From a virus (taxonomy: Duplodnaviria; Heunggongvirae; Uroviricota; Caudoviricetes), in IMG/VR virus record IMGVR_UViG_2531839663_000007: a stretch of DNA of 39,027 bases; one strand, written 5' to 3'. The notes beneath the pieces are model-generated. The model was not told where the DNA came from and searched no databases. It saw only the letters and a list, made by a program, of their open reading frames with translations. Shown one piece after another: positions 19,523 through 28,316 of the stretch (position 1 is the stretch's first letter; every line of letters starts with the position of its first letter). Made by a program: the position numbers and the translations under genes.

Positions 19523-19725
19523 TGAAAGTGCGTGCGCATCAGTATGACACGGTGGACGCGCTTTGCTGGCGTCATTACGGGCGCACGCAGGGGGTCACGG
19601 AGCAGGTACTGAAGGCAAATCCGGGGCTTGCCGAATACGGCCCCTTTTTACCTCACGGGCTGCAGGTGGAGCTGCCGGACATTCCGACCACCACCACCGT
19701 GCAGACCGTCCAGCTATGGGACTGA
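19522..19725 (+). CDS. X: Tail protein X (P2 gpX-like), 67 aa
   Basis: 67 aa as in P2 X; position. Confidence 0.8.
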   Translation: MKVRAHQYDTVDALCWRHYGRTQGVTEQVLKANPGLAEYGPFLPHGLQVELPDIPTTTTVQTVQLWD

Positions 19726-19728
19726 ATT

Positions 19729-19944
19729 ATGACGCTTGAGCGAATCAGCGCCTTTATCACGTATTGCATCGCCGTCGTGCTGGCCTGGCTGGGCGATTTG
19801 TCCATCAAGGATATCTCAACGCTGGGCGGCCTGATGATTGGTGTGCTGATGCTGGCTATCAACTGGTACTACAAACACAAAGCCTACCAGCTTCTGCGCG
19901 ACGGGCAGATCTCGAGGGAGGACTATGAATCCATCAGTCGTTAA
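19729..19944 (+). CDS. Putative holin, 71 aa
   Basis: Small protein with hydrophobic core and charged C-terminus directly upstream of endolysin. Confidence 0.6.
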   Translation: MTLERISAFITYCIAVVLAWLGDLSIKDISTLGGLMIGVLMLAINWYYKHKAYQLLRDGQISREDYESISR

Positions 19945-20437
19945 ACGCTGCCTTGTCGGGGCCGTGCTGGCTATTGCTGCCACGCTGCCGGGCTTTCAGC
20001 AGCTTCATACGTCCGTGGAAGGGCTGAAACTGATTGCCGATTACGAAGGCTGTCGCCTGCAGCCGTATCAGTGCAGCGCGGGTGTCTGGACCGACGGCAT
20101 TGGTAATACATCGGGCGTCATTCCCGGCAAAACAATCACGGAACGACAGGCAGCAGAAGGGCTGATCTCCAACGTGCTGCGTGTGGAGCGGGTGCTGGAA
20201 AGGTGTGTGAAGCAACAGCCACCACAGAAGGTGTATGACGCTACGGTGTCGTTTGCCTTCAACGTGGGAACTAGCAATGCCTGCAGTTCCACACTGGTGA
20301 AATTGCTCAATCAGCGGCGCTGGGCGGATGCGTGCCGACAGTTACCGCGCTGGGTTTATGTGAAAGGTGTGTTTAATCAGGGGCTGGATAACCGCCGTGC
20401 GCGGGAGATGGCCTGGTGTTTACAGGGAGCAAACTGA
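19925..20437 (+). CDS. K: Endolysin, T4-type lysozyme (GH24) with N-terminal signal-anchor (SAR-like), 170 aa
   Basis: Catalytic region EGLKLIADYEGCRLQPYQCSAGVWTDGIGNT; hydrophobic N-terminus. Confidence 0.8.
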   Translation: MNPSVVKRCLVGAVLAIAATLPGFQQLHTSVEGLKLIADYEGCRLQPYQCSAGVWTDGIGNTSGVIPGKTITERQAAEGLISNVLRVERVLERCVKQQPPQKVYDATVSFAFNVGTSNACSSTLVKLLNQRRWADACRQLPRWVYVKGVFNQGLDNRRAREMAWCLQGAN

Positions 20438-20438
20438 A

Positions 20439-20816
20439 ATGAAAAAGAAATTAATCAGCGGGCTGTTTCTGATGTTATGGATGGCGCTGTTAATTGCAGC
20501 AATGGTGTATCCGCAGGGGATTTTTCCGGTACTGGCAGCGTCCGGCGTTTGGGTAGCCTGTTTACTGACATGGGCGGTAATTCCGGTAGCACTGGCTGCG
20601 TTAATTAAGAATGGCCCGCTCTGGCAGGAGTTGAGGGCATCTTTGCTGAAGACCATTACCCGAGAAGAAAACGTATTTATCAGCTGGGTGATGCGATTGC
20701 TGATTGTCGTAAGTCTCGCCTGGACGGGGTGGGCTATTACCCTGGTCTTTTATCTGCTGACCGTTATTGCCTTCTGGATCACCCGTAATCAGATGGCGCA
20801 ACAGGTAGCAGCATGA
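20439..20816 (+). CDS. lysA: LysA-like lysis-timing membrane protein, 125 aa
   Basis: Multiple hydrophobic helices; position after endolysin. Confidence 0.65.
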   Translation: MKKKLISGLFLMLWMALLIAAMVYPQGIFPVLAASGVWVACLLTWAVIPVALAALIKNGPLWQELRASLLKTITREENVFISWVMRLLIVVSLAWTGWAITLVFYLLTVIAFWITRNQMAQQVAA

Positions 20817-21241
20817 ACCGGTTGCTGCTGGTTGTGCTGGCGTTATTACTGGCGGCGCTGGGCTGGCAGACGTGGCGGCTGGCTGATGCCAGCCAGACCA
20901 TCAGCACGCAGGCAGACGAGCTGCAGAGCAAAAGTCAGGCACTGGCAAAGAGCAACAGCCAGCTTATCAGCCTGTCCATTCTGACTGAAACTAATAACCG
21001 GGAGCAGGCGCGGCTCTATGCCGAAGCAGAACAGACCAGCGCACAGCTGAGACAACGACAACGCCGGATCGAGGAACTGAAACGTGAGAACGAGGATTTA
21101 CGCCGCTGGGCTGATACTCCTTTGCCTGCTGACATTATCCGGCTGCGGGAACGTCCGGCACTCACCGGAGGTGCAGCTTACCGTCAGTGGTTGTCCGCGA
21201 GTGACGCCGTGTCGGCTGGATCAGACAGCGCCGCGCACTAA
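20813..21241 (+). CDS. lysB: LysB, Rz-like inner-membrane spanin, 142 aa
   Basis: N-terminal TM helix, coiled-coil; position. Confidence 0.7.
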   Translation: MNRLLLVVLALLLAALGWQTWRLADASQTISTQADELQSKSQALAKSNSQLISLSILTETNNREQARLYAEAEQTSAQLRQRQRRIEELKRENEDLRRWADTPLPADIIRLRERPALTGGAAYRQWLSASDAVSAGSDSAAH

Positions 21242-21374
21242 CGGTGATCTGAACGCATTGCTGGATGAAACGGAGGCCGCCTGGGCGGTCTGTGCAGACA
21301 AAGTGGACATGATTATTGCGTGTCAGGAGCGAAACAGTGAACAAACCACAATCCCTGCGCCACGCCCTCAATAA
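21084..21374 (+). CDS. lysC: LysC, Rz1-like outer-membrane lipoprotein spanin, 96 aa, overlapping lysB in another frame
   Basis: Lipobox LSGC; starts inside lysB out of frame and extends beyond it. Confidence 0.65.
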   Translation: MRTRIYAAGLILLCLLTLSGCGNVRHSPEVQLTVSGCPRVTPCRLDQTAPRTNGDLNALLDETEAAWAVCADKVDMIIACQERNSEQTTIPAPRPQ

Positions 21375-21768
21375 AGCGGTGCCTTATGTCCGCAATAACC
21401 CGGACAAACTGCATCTGTTTGTGGATAACGGTTCGCTGGTTGCCACGGGGGGCAGCTCCATGTCATGGGAGTACCGCTACACCCTGAACGTGGTGATTGA
21501 GGATTTCAGCGGCGACCAGAATCTGCTGATGGCCCCGGTTTTGCTGTGGCTGCGGGATAACCAGCCCGATGCCATCAATAACCCGGCGTTACGGGAAAAG
21601 CTATTCACCTTTGAGGTGGATATTCTGCGCAACGATGTCTGTGATATCAGCCTTAACCTGCAACTGACGGAGCGTGTGCTGGTCAGCACTGACGGCAGTG
21701 TGTCGAACGTTGAAGCGGTAGCGGAACCTGATGAACCTGAAGAAATGTGGACGGTGAAACGTGGCTGA
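21337..21768 (+). CDS. R: Tail completion protein (P2 gpR-like), about 143 aa; GTG start inferred
   Basis: AGGAGC RBS before GTG 21337; motifs DNGS, YTLNV, PVL.WLR.NQPD. Confidence 0.75.
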   Translation: MNKPQSLRHALNKAVPYVRNNPDKLHLFVDNGSLVATGGSSMSWEYRYTLNVVIEDFSGDQNLLMAPVLLWLRDNQPDAINNPALREKLFTFEVDILRNDVCDISLNLQLTERVLVSTDGSVSNVEAVAEPDEPEEMWTVKRG

Positions 21769-22207
21769 ACTGCAGAAGGTGGACAACTGGCTGAGTGCAT
21801 TATTGGCGAATCTGGAGCCAGCCGCAAGAAGCCGCATGATGCGCCAGCTGGCGCAGGAACTGCGCCGGACACAGCAGCAGAACATCAGGATGCAGCGCAA
21901 TCCTGATGGCAGCAGTTATGAGCCGCGCAGGGTAACAGCACGCAGCAAAAAGGGGCGCATCAAACGTCAGATGTTTACAAAGCTGCGCACCACAAAATAC
22001 CTGAAAACTGCCGCCAGCGCCGACTCTGCCAGCGTGCAGTTTGAAGGCAAGGTACAGCGCATTGCCCGTGTTCATCACTACGGCTTACGTGATCGCGTCA
22101 GCCGCAAAGGACCGGAGGTCCGTTACGCAGAGCGTCGCCTTCTGGGTGTAAATGATGATGTTGAGGCAATGACCCGCGACATGATTCTGCAATGGCTGGC
22201 GGGGTGA
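21761..22207 (+). CDS. S: Tail completion protein (P2 gpS-like), 148 aa
   Basis: Position and size; GTG start overlapping R stop. Confidence 0.75.
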   Translation: MAELQKVDNWLSALLANLEPAARSRMMRQLAQELRRTQQQNIRMQRNPDGSSYEPRRVTARSKKGRIKRQMFTKLRTTKYLKTAASADSASVQFEGKVQRIARVHHYGLRDRVSRKGPEVRYAERRLLGVNDDVEAMTRDMILQWLAG

Positions 22208-22211
22208 TTTT

Positions 22212-22229
22212 TGTATCAGCACTGATACA
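22212..22229. promoter_or_regulatory. TGT-N12-ACA dyad (candidate Ogr/B-type late activator site) upstream of V
   Basis: TGTATCAGCACTGATACA, near-perfect palindrome in the S/V intergenic region. Confidence 0.4.
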
Positions 22230-22275
22230 AGTTGCAGCACTGCCGCCTTTCTTCCCCTGATGGCAACCTTTCCCT

Positions 22276-22854
22276 ATGAACGCACAATTAACCGAAATCA
22301 TGCGCCTTATCACCAACCTGATCCGCACTGGGGTAGTCACCGAAGTGGACAGGACAAACTGGCTTTGCCGGGTGAAAACGGGCGACCTTGAAACTAACTG
22401 GATTAACTGGCTGACGCTGCGCGCGGGTAATGCCCGCACATGGTGGAAACCATCAGAAGGTGAGCAGGTGGTGCTGCTGAGTCTGGGCGGCAATCTGGAG
22501 ACTGCCTTTGCGCTGCCCGCTGTCTATTCGAATCAGTTCGCACCACCGTCGACGTCGGCGGACGCCTGCGTGACAGAACATCCTGACGGTGGCTGGTTTG
22601 AATATGAACCCGCCACCGGGCGCTGGTATGTCAGGGGCATCAAATCTATGGTCATTGAGGCCGTCGACAACATCACCCTGAAAACCAGTGAGTTTGTGCT
22701 GGAGGCTGACCGCACGCGTATTAACAGCGAAGTGGTGATCAATGGTGGTGTTACCCAGAGTGGCGGTGCAATGAGTTCTAACGGGATCGTGGTTGATGCG
22801 CATCAGCATACTGGTGTCCTGAAAGGCGGCGACACAACCGGAGGCCCGGTATGA
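22276..22854 (+). CDS. V: Baseplate spike protein (P2 gpV-like), 192 aa
   Basis: N-terminus MNAQLTEIMRLITNLIRTG parallels P2 V; position. Confidence 0.85.
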   Translation: MNAQLTEIMRLITNLIRTGVVTEVDRTNWLCRVKTGDLETNWINWLTLRAGNARTWWKPSEGEQVVLLSLGGNLETAFALPAVYSNQFAPPSTSADACVTEHPDGGWFEYEPATGRWYVRGIKSMVIEAVDNITLKTSEFVLEADRTRINSEVVINGGVTQSGGAMSSNGIVVDAHQHTGVLKGGDTTGGPV

Positions 22855-23210
22855 CGCTTTATAGCGGGATGAACAATACCAGCGGCAAAGTCATTACTGA
22901 TATTGACCATCTGCGCCAGTCGGTGCGGGACATTCTGCTGACACCGCAGGGGAGCCGCATTGCCCGTCGTGAATATGGTTCCCTGCTGTCGGCACTGATA
23001 GACCAGCCACAAAATCCGGCATTACGCCTGCAGGTCATGTCGGCAGTGTATGTGGCGCTGAGTCGCTGGGAGCCACGGCTGACGCTGAATTCCATCACCA
23101 TCAACAGCAACTTTGACGGTTCTATGGTGGTGGAGCTGACCGGGCGGCGGAATAACGGTGTGCCTGTGTCCCTTTCCGTATCAACAGGAGCAGAGAATGG
23201 CAGTGATTGA
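22851..23210 (+). CDS. W: Baseplate protein (P2 gpW / gp25-like), 119 aa
   Basis: Position and size; ATGA overlap. Confidence 0.8.
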   Translation: MTLYSGMNNTSGKVITDIDHLRQSVRDILLTPQGSRIARREYGSLLSALIDQPQNPALRLQVMSAVYVALSRWEPRLTLNSITINSNFDGSMVVELTGRRNNGVPVSLSVSTGAENGSD

Positions 23211-24105
23211 CCTTTCGCAGTTGCCTGCACCGCAGATTGTGGATGTGCCGGACTTTGAGACGCTGCTTGCCGAACGCAAGGCCGAATTTGTTGCGCTTCA
23301 TCCGAAAGATGAACAGGAAGCAGTGATCCGTACGCTGGAACTGGAATCTGAACCCGTCACCAAATTGCTTCAGGAGAACGCTTACCGTGAGTTGCTTCTG
23401 CGCCAGCGCATTAACGAAGCCGCGCATGCTGTGATGGTGGCTTACGCGATGGGCGGCGATCTTGACCAGCTCGCTGCCAACTACAACGTGAAACGCCTGA
23501 CGGTGACGCCTGCTGATAATGACGCTGTGCCACCCGTTGCGGCTGTGATGGAAAGCGATGAAGCGTTACGCCTGCGTGTGCCTGCGGCTTTTGAAGGGCT
23601 TTCGGTTGCGGGGCCAACCGCAGCTTATGAATTTCATGCCCGAAGCGCCGACGGTCGGGTGGCGGATGCCAGTGCAACCAGCCCGGCACCTGCAGAGGTG
23701 GTGCTTACGGTCCTAAGCCGTGAAGGCGACGGAACAGCAGAAAAAGACCTGCTGGACGTGGTGGAAAAAGCTCTGAACAGTGAGAACGTTCGCCCGGTGG
23801 CTGACCGTCTGACGGTTCGCAGCGCAGAAATCATCCCGTATCGCGTGGAAGCCACCATTTTTCTCTATCCGGGGCCGGAAGCAGAGCCGGTAATGGCAGC
23901 GGCAAAAGCCAGCCTGCAGAAATACATCGCCAGTCAGACGCGGCTTGGTCGGGATATTCGCCGTAGCGCCATCTTTGCCGCCCTGCATGTTGAGGGTGTG
24001 CAGCGTGTGGAGCTGGCTTCGCCGCTGGCGGATGTGGTTTTGAACAAAACGCAGGCGGCATCATGTACGGAGTGGAGCGTGACCAACGGGGGAACGGATG
24101 AATAG
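23197..24105 (+). CDS. J: Baseplate protein (P2 gpJ-like), 302 aa
   Basis: Internal ATG with AGGAG RBS gives 302 aa as in P2 J. Confidence 0.8.
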   Translation: MAVIDLSQLPAPQIVDVPDFETLLAERKAEFVALHPKDEQEAVIRTLELESEPVTKLLQENAYRELLLRQRINEAAHAVMVAYAMGGDLDQLAANYNVKRLTVTPADNDAVPPVAAVMESDEALRLRVPAAFEGLSVAGPTAAYEFHARSADGRVADASATSPAPAEVVLTVLSREGDGTAEKDLLDVVEKALNSENVRPVADRLTVRSAEIIPYRVEATIFLYPGPEAEPVMAAAKASLQKYIASQTRLGRDIRRSAIFAALHVEGVQRVELASPLADVVLNKTQAASCTEWSVTNGGTDE

Positions 24106-24703
24106 TCTGCTGCCATCGGGGTCAACTTCACTGGAGCGCCGACTGGCGCAAACGTGCAGCGGGATTTCTGATTTGCAGGTGCCGCTGCGTGACTTGTGGA
24201 ATCCGGCTACCTGTCCGGTCAGCTTCCTGCCTTATCTCGCCTGGGCGTTCTCTGTGGATCGCTGGGACGAGGGCTGGACAGAAAGCGTCAAACGCCAGGT
24301 AGTGAAGGATGCTTTTTATATTCATCAGCATAAAGGAACCACCAGTGCCGTGCGGCGGGTGGTGGAACCGTTCGGATTCCTGATCCGCATTATTGAGTGG
24401 TGGCAGACCGGAGAAACACCGGGCACGTTTCGCCTGGATATCGGCGTGCAGGACCAGGGCATCACTGAAGATACCTATCTGGAACTTGAGCGACTGATAA
24501 GCGATGCCAAACCATGTAGCCGCCACATGATCGGCATGTCCATCAATCTGCAGACCAGCGGTCCGCATTGGGTGGGAGCCGCCAGCTATCTTGGCGAAGA
24601 AATCACGATCTATCCGTATATCAACGAAACGATTATTTCCGGTGGCACCGCGCATGAAGGCGGGGCGGTCCATGTTATTGACACAATGAGAGTGAATCCA
24701 TGA
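24098..24703 (+). CDS. I: Baseplate/tail protein (P2 gpI-like), 201 aa
   Basis: Position and size. Confidence 0.8.
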   Translation: MNSLLPSGSTSLERRLAQTCSGISDLQVPLRDLWNPATCPVSFLPYLAWAFSVDRWDEGWTESVKRQVVKDAFYIHQHKGTTSAVRRVVEPFGFLIRIIEWWQTGETPGTFRLDIGVQDQGITEDTYLELERLISDAKPCSRHMIGMSINLQTSGPHWVGAASYLGEEITIYPYINETIISGGTAHEGGAVHVIDTMRVNP

Positions 24704-25971
24704 GCACAAAATTTTATACCCTGCTGACGGATATTGGCGCGGCGAAACTTGCCAGCGCCGCCGCGCTCGGTGTGCCGCTAAAAATTACCCATATGGCGGT
24801 GGGCGATGGCGGTGGAGTATTGCCAACGCCGGACGCAAAGCAGACGGCACTGGTAAATGAGAAACGCCGGGCTGCGCTGAATATGCTTTATATCGACCCG
24901 CAGAACAGCAGCCAGATTATTGCCGAACAGGTGATCCCTGAAAACGAGGGCGGTTGGTGGATACGTGAAGTGGGCTTGTTTGATGAGTCCGGGGCATTGA
25001 TTGCCGTGGGCAACTGCCCGGAAAGCTATAAGCCGCAACTGGCTGAAGGTAGCGGGCGCACTCAGACCGTGCGCATGGTGCTGATTACCAGCAGCACGGA
25101 CAATATCACCCTGAAAATCGACCCTGCTGTAGTGCTGGCAACCCGCAAGTATGTGGATGACAAGGCACTGGAGCTGAAGGTGTACGCGGATGATCAGATG
25201 GCAAAACATCTTGCCGCACCGGACCCGCATTCACAGTACGCGCCAAAAGCCAGCCCGACATTTACCGGAACCCCCAAAGCGCCAACGCCAGCGGCGGGGA
25301 ATAATACCACGCAGGTTGCGACCACTGCGTTTGTACAGGCGGCACTGACGGCCCTTATTAATGGTGCGCCAGCCACGCTGGACACGCTGAAAGAAATAGC
25401 CGCAGCCATTAACAATGATCCGAATTTCAGTACCACCATTAACAATGCGCTGGCACTAAAAGCACCGTTGTCGAGTCCGGCACTCACCGGAACGCCAACA
25501 GCCCCCACGGCGGCGCAGTCGGTCAACAATACACAGATTGCCACTACGGCTTTTGTGAAATCGGCGATTGCAGGAATGGTGGGTTCTGCACCTGCTGCAC
25601 TGGATACACTGAACGAACTGGCGGCGGCACTGGGGAATGATCCGAACTTTGCCACGACAATGCTTAATGCGCTGGCAGGTAAACAACCGCTGGACAATAC
25701 GCTTACCAATTTGAGTGGAAAGGATGTGGCTGGTCTTCTCGCATACCTTGGTTTGGGAGAAGGCTCAGCATTACCTGTTGGGGTGCCTGTTCCGTGGCCT
25801 TCAGCCACTCCGCCAACAGGCTGGTTGAAATGCAATGGTGCGGCTTTTTCTGCTGAAGAATACCCGGAACTGGCAAAGGCTTACCCGACAAATAAATTGC
25901 CTGATTTACGCGGTGAATTTATCGTGGATGGGATGATGGGCGTGGGGTGGATTCCTCTCGTGGTTTGTTGA
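24700..25971 (+). CDS. H: Tail fibre protein (P2 gpH-like) conserved part fused to a frameshifted, truncated variable segment, 423 aa
   Basis: N-terminal and collar repeats as in P2 H; C-terminus leaves frame after GEF through a 1-nt deletion relative to the intact inverted copy at about 28,050. Confidence 0.8.
   Translation: MSTKFYTLLTDIGAAKLASAAALGVPLKITHMAVGDGGGVLPTPDAKQTALVNEKRRAALNMLYIDPQNSSQIIAEQVIPENEGGWWIREVGLFDESGALIAVGNCPESYKPQLAEGSGRTQTVRMVLITSSTDNITLKIDPAVVLATRKYVDDKALELKVYADDQMAKHLAAPDPHSQYAPKASPTFTGTPKAPTPAAGNNTTQVATTAFVQAALTALINGAPATLDTLKEIAAAINNDPNFSTTINNALALKAPLSSPALTGTPTAPTAAQSVNNTQIATTAFVKSAIAGMVGSAPAALDTLNELAAALGNDPNFATTMLNALAGKQPLDNTLTNLSGKDVAGLLAYLGLGEGSALPVGVPVPWPSATPPTGWLKCNGAAFSAEEYPELAKAYPTNKLPDLRGEFIVDGMMGVGWIPLVVC
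25736..25761. other. Candidate invertase crossover site L1 (gix/hix-like), TTCTCGCATACC-TT-GGTTTGGGAGAA
   Basis: 26-bp site with half-sites resembling the TTATCCAAAACC consensus; inner half is the inverse of the right site. Confidence 0.5.
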
Positions 25972-26024
25972 CATCTCAAGACCATTTATTTGCTTCTCAT
26001 GGGCACTGGTTTGACAAGTTCGTA

Positions 26025-26058
26025 ATAACTTCGTATAGCATACATTATACGAAGTTAT
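26025..26058. other. loxP site, exact 34-bp wild-type sequence (ATAACTTCGTATA-GCATACAT-TATACGAAGTTAT)
   Basis: Exact match read directly, immediately followed by the duplicated gpH fragment. Confidence 0.9.
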
Positions 26059-26061
26059 ACG

Positions 26062-26416
26062 ATTAACAATGATCCGAATTTCAGTACCACCATTAACAAT
26101 GCGCTGGCACTAAAAGCACCGTTGTCGAGTCCGGCACTCACCGGAACGCCAACAGCCCCCACGGCGGCGCAGTCGGTCAACAATACACAGATTGCCACTA
26201 CGGCTTTTGTGAAATCGGCGATTGCAGGAATGGTGGGTTCTGCACCTGCTGCACTGGATACACTGAACGAACTGGCGGCGGCACTGGGGAATGATCCGAA
26301 CTTTGCCACGACAATGCTTAATGCGCTGGCAGGTAAACAACCGCTGGACAATACGCTTACCAATTTGAGTGGAAAGGATGTGGCTGGTCTTCTCGCATAC
26401 CTTGGTTTGGGAGAAG
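26062..26416 (+). repeat. 355-bp direct duplication of gpH coding sequence 25,408-25,762, including a second copy of the crossover site
   Basis: Identical sequence on visual comparison, diverging right after GGGAGAAG. Confidence 0.8.
26390..26415. other. Candidate invertase crossover site L2, direct repeat of L1
   Basis: Same 26-bp sequence as 25,736-25,761. Confidence 0.5.
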
Positions 26417-26795
26417 CGGCAAAACGGGATGTGGGGACAGGGAAAAATCAGATACCGGACATGGCCTCTTTTGCCAGTGGTGATGGATGGATGAAATTAC
26501 CCAACGGGAAAATCCTGCAATATGGTCGTGGTGCGGTTACGCCGACATTATCGACGCAAACAATGAGAATTACATTCAGCATCCCTTTCCCCAAAAAAGC
26601 GGACTGCGCCATGCTTACTCATTCTGGTGATGGCGGTGCGCCTTTAGGCGCTGGGCGAGGGTTCGTGATGACTGCAGAAGGCCCAACGTTAACCGGCTTT
26701 AATTCTGCTTACAGAACGTCATCAACCAGCGACACGGTATCGATGAATTACAGTTGGTGGGCTGTTGGTGAGTAATTTTATTCAGGGTGATTTAT

Positions 26796-27239
26796 ATGAA
26801 CGAATATATTTATAGCGCAAGGCATAATGCTTTTTTCCCTGTGGATATGATTGATAAATATAAATCAGAGGGATGGGATTTATCAGATGCTAAGGAAGTG
26901 AATCAAAATATTATCAGTGAGTTTATGGCTGAACCGCCACAAGGAAAAATCCGTATTGCCGGAAATGATGGGCTGCCTGCGTGGGCAGATATTCCTCCAC
27001 CCACGCATGAAGAGCTTATTGAAATTACTGAATCAGAAAGACAGCTATTAATTAACCAGGCCAACGAATACATGAACAGTAAACAATGGCCCGGTAAAGC
27101 CGCTATTGGTCGTCTGGAAGGTGACGAACTGGCGCAATATAATTTGTGGCTGGATTATCTGGACGCACTGGAGCTGGTCGATACTTCCGGTGCGCCAGAT
27201 ATTGAATGGCCTACGCCTCCGGCAGTTCAGGCCAGATGA
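26796..27239 (+). CDS. Tail fibre assembly chaperone, 148 aa
   Basis: Follows the tail-fibre C-terminal segment; C-terminal motif LWLDYLDALELVDTSGAPDIEWPTPP shared with the minus-strand chaperone. Confidence 0.7.
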   Translation: MNEYIYSARHNAFFPVDMIDKYKSEGWDLSDAKEVNQNIISEFMAEPPQGKIRIAGNDGLPAWADIPPPTHEELIEITESERQLLINQANEYMNSKQWPGKAAIGRLEGDELAQYNLWLDYLDALELVDTSGAPDIEWPTPPAVQAR

Positions 27240-27813
27240 CATCCGGCGCGGTGCTGGTATCTGTTGCCGTCACCGCGTCAATGTAATCCAGCACAGCGTT
27301 AAGGCGGGTTGTTTCTGCCTGCGTCAGTTTACGTCCGGCCTGCAATTTCAGCTGAATCAGACTGATGGAGGCCATTGCAGTATCAATCAGCGACTGGCGC
27401 TGTGCTTCTGCTGCATCTACTGCTGCGCCGTGCTGTGCCTCGGTATCCGTCACCCATTTCTCACCATCCCATTTATCGTATGGCGTTAACGGGGCGATAG
27501 TGGTTGTATTATCAGGGTAATCACCCGGAGCTGTGATTTCTTTTGATTCCCCTGTTTCGGTGCTAAAAACGATTTCACCGCGATGGTCTGGCATATATTC
27601 CCATGATTTTAAATCTGCTGAACGGCAGATAGTATAACCAGCCTTATATGTACCAGGAGCATCTAAACAGGAATACGCCGGAATACCGACACCCACAACA
27701 AGATATTCGGTTGATGTGGAAAGATATTCCTTCGTCTCAGCATCAAAATTATAAACGGTAATGTTTCCTGCCTTTGTAGTAATGAGTTCGCTATTTAATA
27801 CGGCTTTATTCAT
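27211..27813 (-). CDS. Tail fibre assembly chaperone, alternative copy inside invertible segment, 200 aa
   Basis: C-terminal motif VLDYIDAVTATDTSTAPDVIWPELP; convergent with plus-strand chaperone. Confidence 0.7.
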   Translation of the reverse strand: MNKAVLNSELITTKAGNITVYNFDAETKEYLSTSTEYLVVGVGIPAYSCLDAPGTYKAGYTICRSADLKSWEYMPDHRGEIVFSTETGESKEITAPGDYPDNTTTIAPLTPYDKWDGEKWVTDTEAQHGAAVDAAEAQRQSLIDTAMASISLIQLKLQAGRKLTQAETTRLNAVLDYIDAVTATDTSTAPDVIWPELPEA

Positions 27814-28289
27814 CAGGCTGCCCTCACGATATAGTTAAATGCGACGTTGCGCGGCCGGGTTTCAGAACCACCAACCGATACCGTAGAAATTGAATTTGCC
27901 GTAATAAGTTCCCCGAAAGCATCAGCCGTAACTACAAACCGACCTCCCGTTGGATCAAAACCTGTTAGCGCATAGTACTTGTCAAACCAGTGCCCATGAG
28001 AAGCAAATAAATGGTCTTGAGATGTCAACAAACCACGAGAGGAATCCACCCCACGCCCATCATCCCATCCACGAATAAATTCACCGCGTAAATCAGGCAA
28101 TTTATTTGTCGGGTAAGCCTTTGCCAGTTCCGGGTATTCTTCAGCAGAAAAAGCCGCACCATTGCATTTCAACCAGCCTGTTGGCGGAGTGGCTGAAGGC
28201 CACGGAACAGGCACCCCAACAGGTAATGCTGAGCCTTCTCCCAAACCAACGTTTAAGAAAATGCAGAGGTAACAGCTAACTGGCATCAT
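27813..28289 (-). CDS. Alternative tail-fibre C-terminal variable segment (Mu S / P1 S type); in-frame coding ends near 28,248, so it is expressed only after inversion fuses it to gpH
   Basis: Contains GSALPVGVPVPWPSATPPTGWLKCNGAAFSAEEYPELAKAYPTNKLPDLRGEF identical to gpH end, then an intact domain; stop overlaps chaperone start. Confidence 0.65.
   Translation of the reverse strand: MMPVSCYLCIFLNVGLGEGSALPVGVPVPWPSATPPTGWLKCNGAAFSAEEYPELAKAYPTNKLPDLRGEFIRGWDDGRGVDSSRGLLTSQDHLFASHGHWFDKYYALTGFDPTGGRFVVTADAFGELITANSISTVSVGGSETRPRNVAFNYIVRAA
28236..28261. other. Candidate invertase crossover site R, TTCTCCCAAACC-AA-CGTTTAAGAAAA, inverted relative to L1/L2
   Basis: Left half matches gix-type half-site TTATCCAAAACC at 10 of 12 positions; boundary of the long inverted homology. 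Confidence 0.5.
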
Positions 28290-28316
28290 CTCCGGTTTTT
28301 ATTCAGGGGGATGATC

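Larger units (their letters stand above)
26062..26775 (+). pseudogene. 5'-truncated tail-fibre segment: duplicated gpH 3' fragment fused to an alternative C-terminal domain; no native start
   Basis: Reading frame continues from the duplicated gpH fragment into a distinct domain (LGLGEAAKRDVGTGKNQ...); preceded by loxP rather than a promoter or start. Confidence 0.55.

Noticed and set aside
25330-25700. Tandem imperfect repeats inside gpH that could be taken for a CRISPR-like or satellite array
   Set aside because: They are in-frame coding repeats of the tail-fibre collar motif (LDTL..AAA..NDPNF.TT..NALA.K.PL), as in P2 gpH; no spacer/repeat structure and no cas genes.
25194-26363. Minus-strand ORFs (213, 102 and 76 aa) within gpH and its duplicated fragment
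   Set aside because: Antisense to the tail fibre coding frame; duplicated only because the underlying DNA is duplicated.
25408-26416. Direct repeats flanking an insert, considered as an IS element or transposon
   Set aside because: No transposase or terminal inverted repeats; the insert carries an exact loxP site, which points to Cre-lox engineering rather than transposition.
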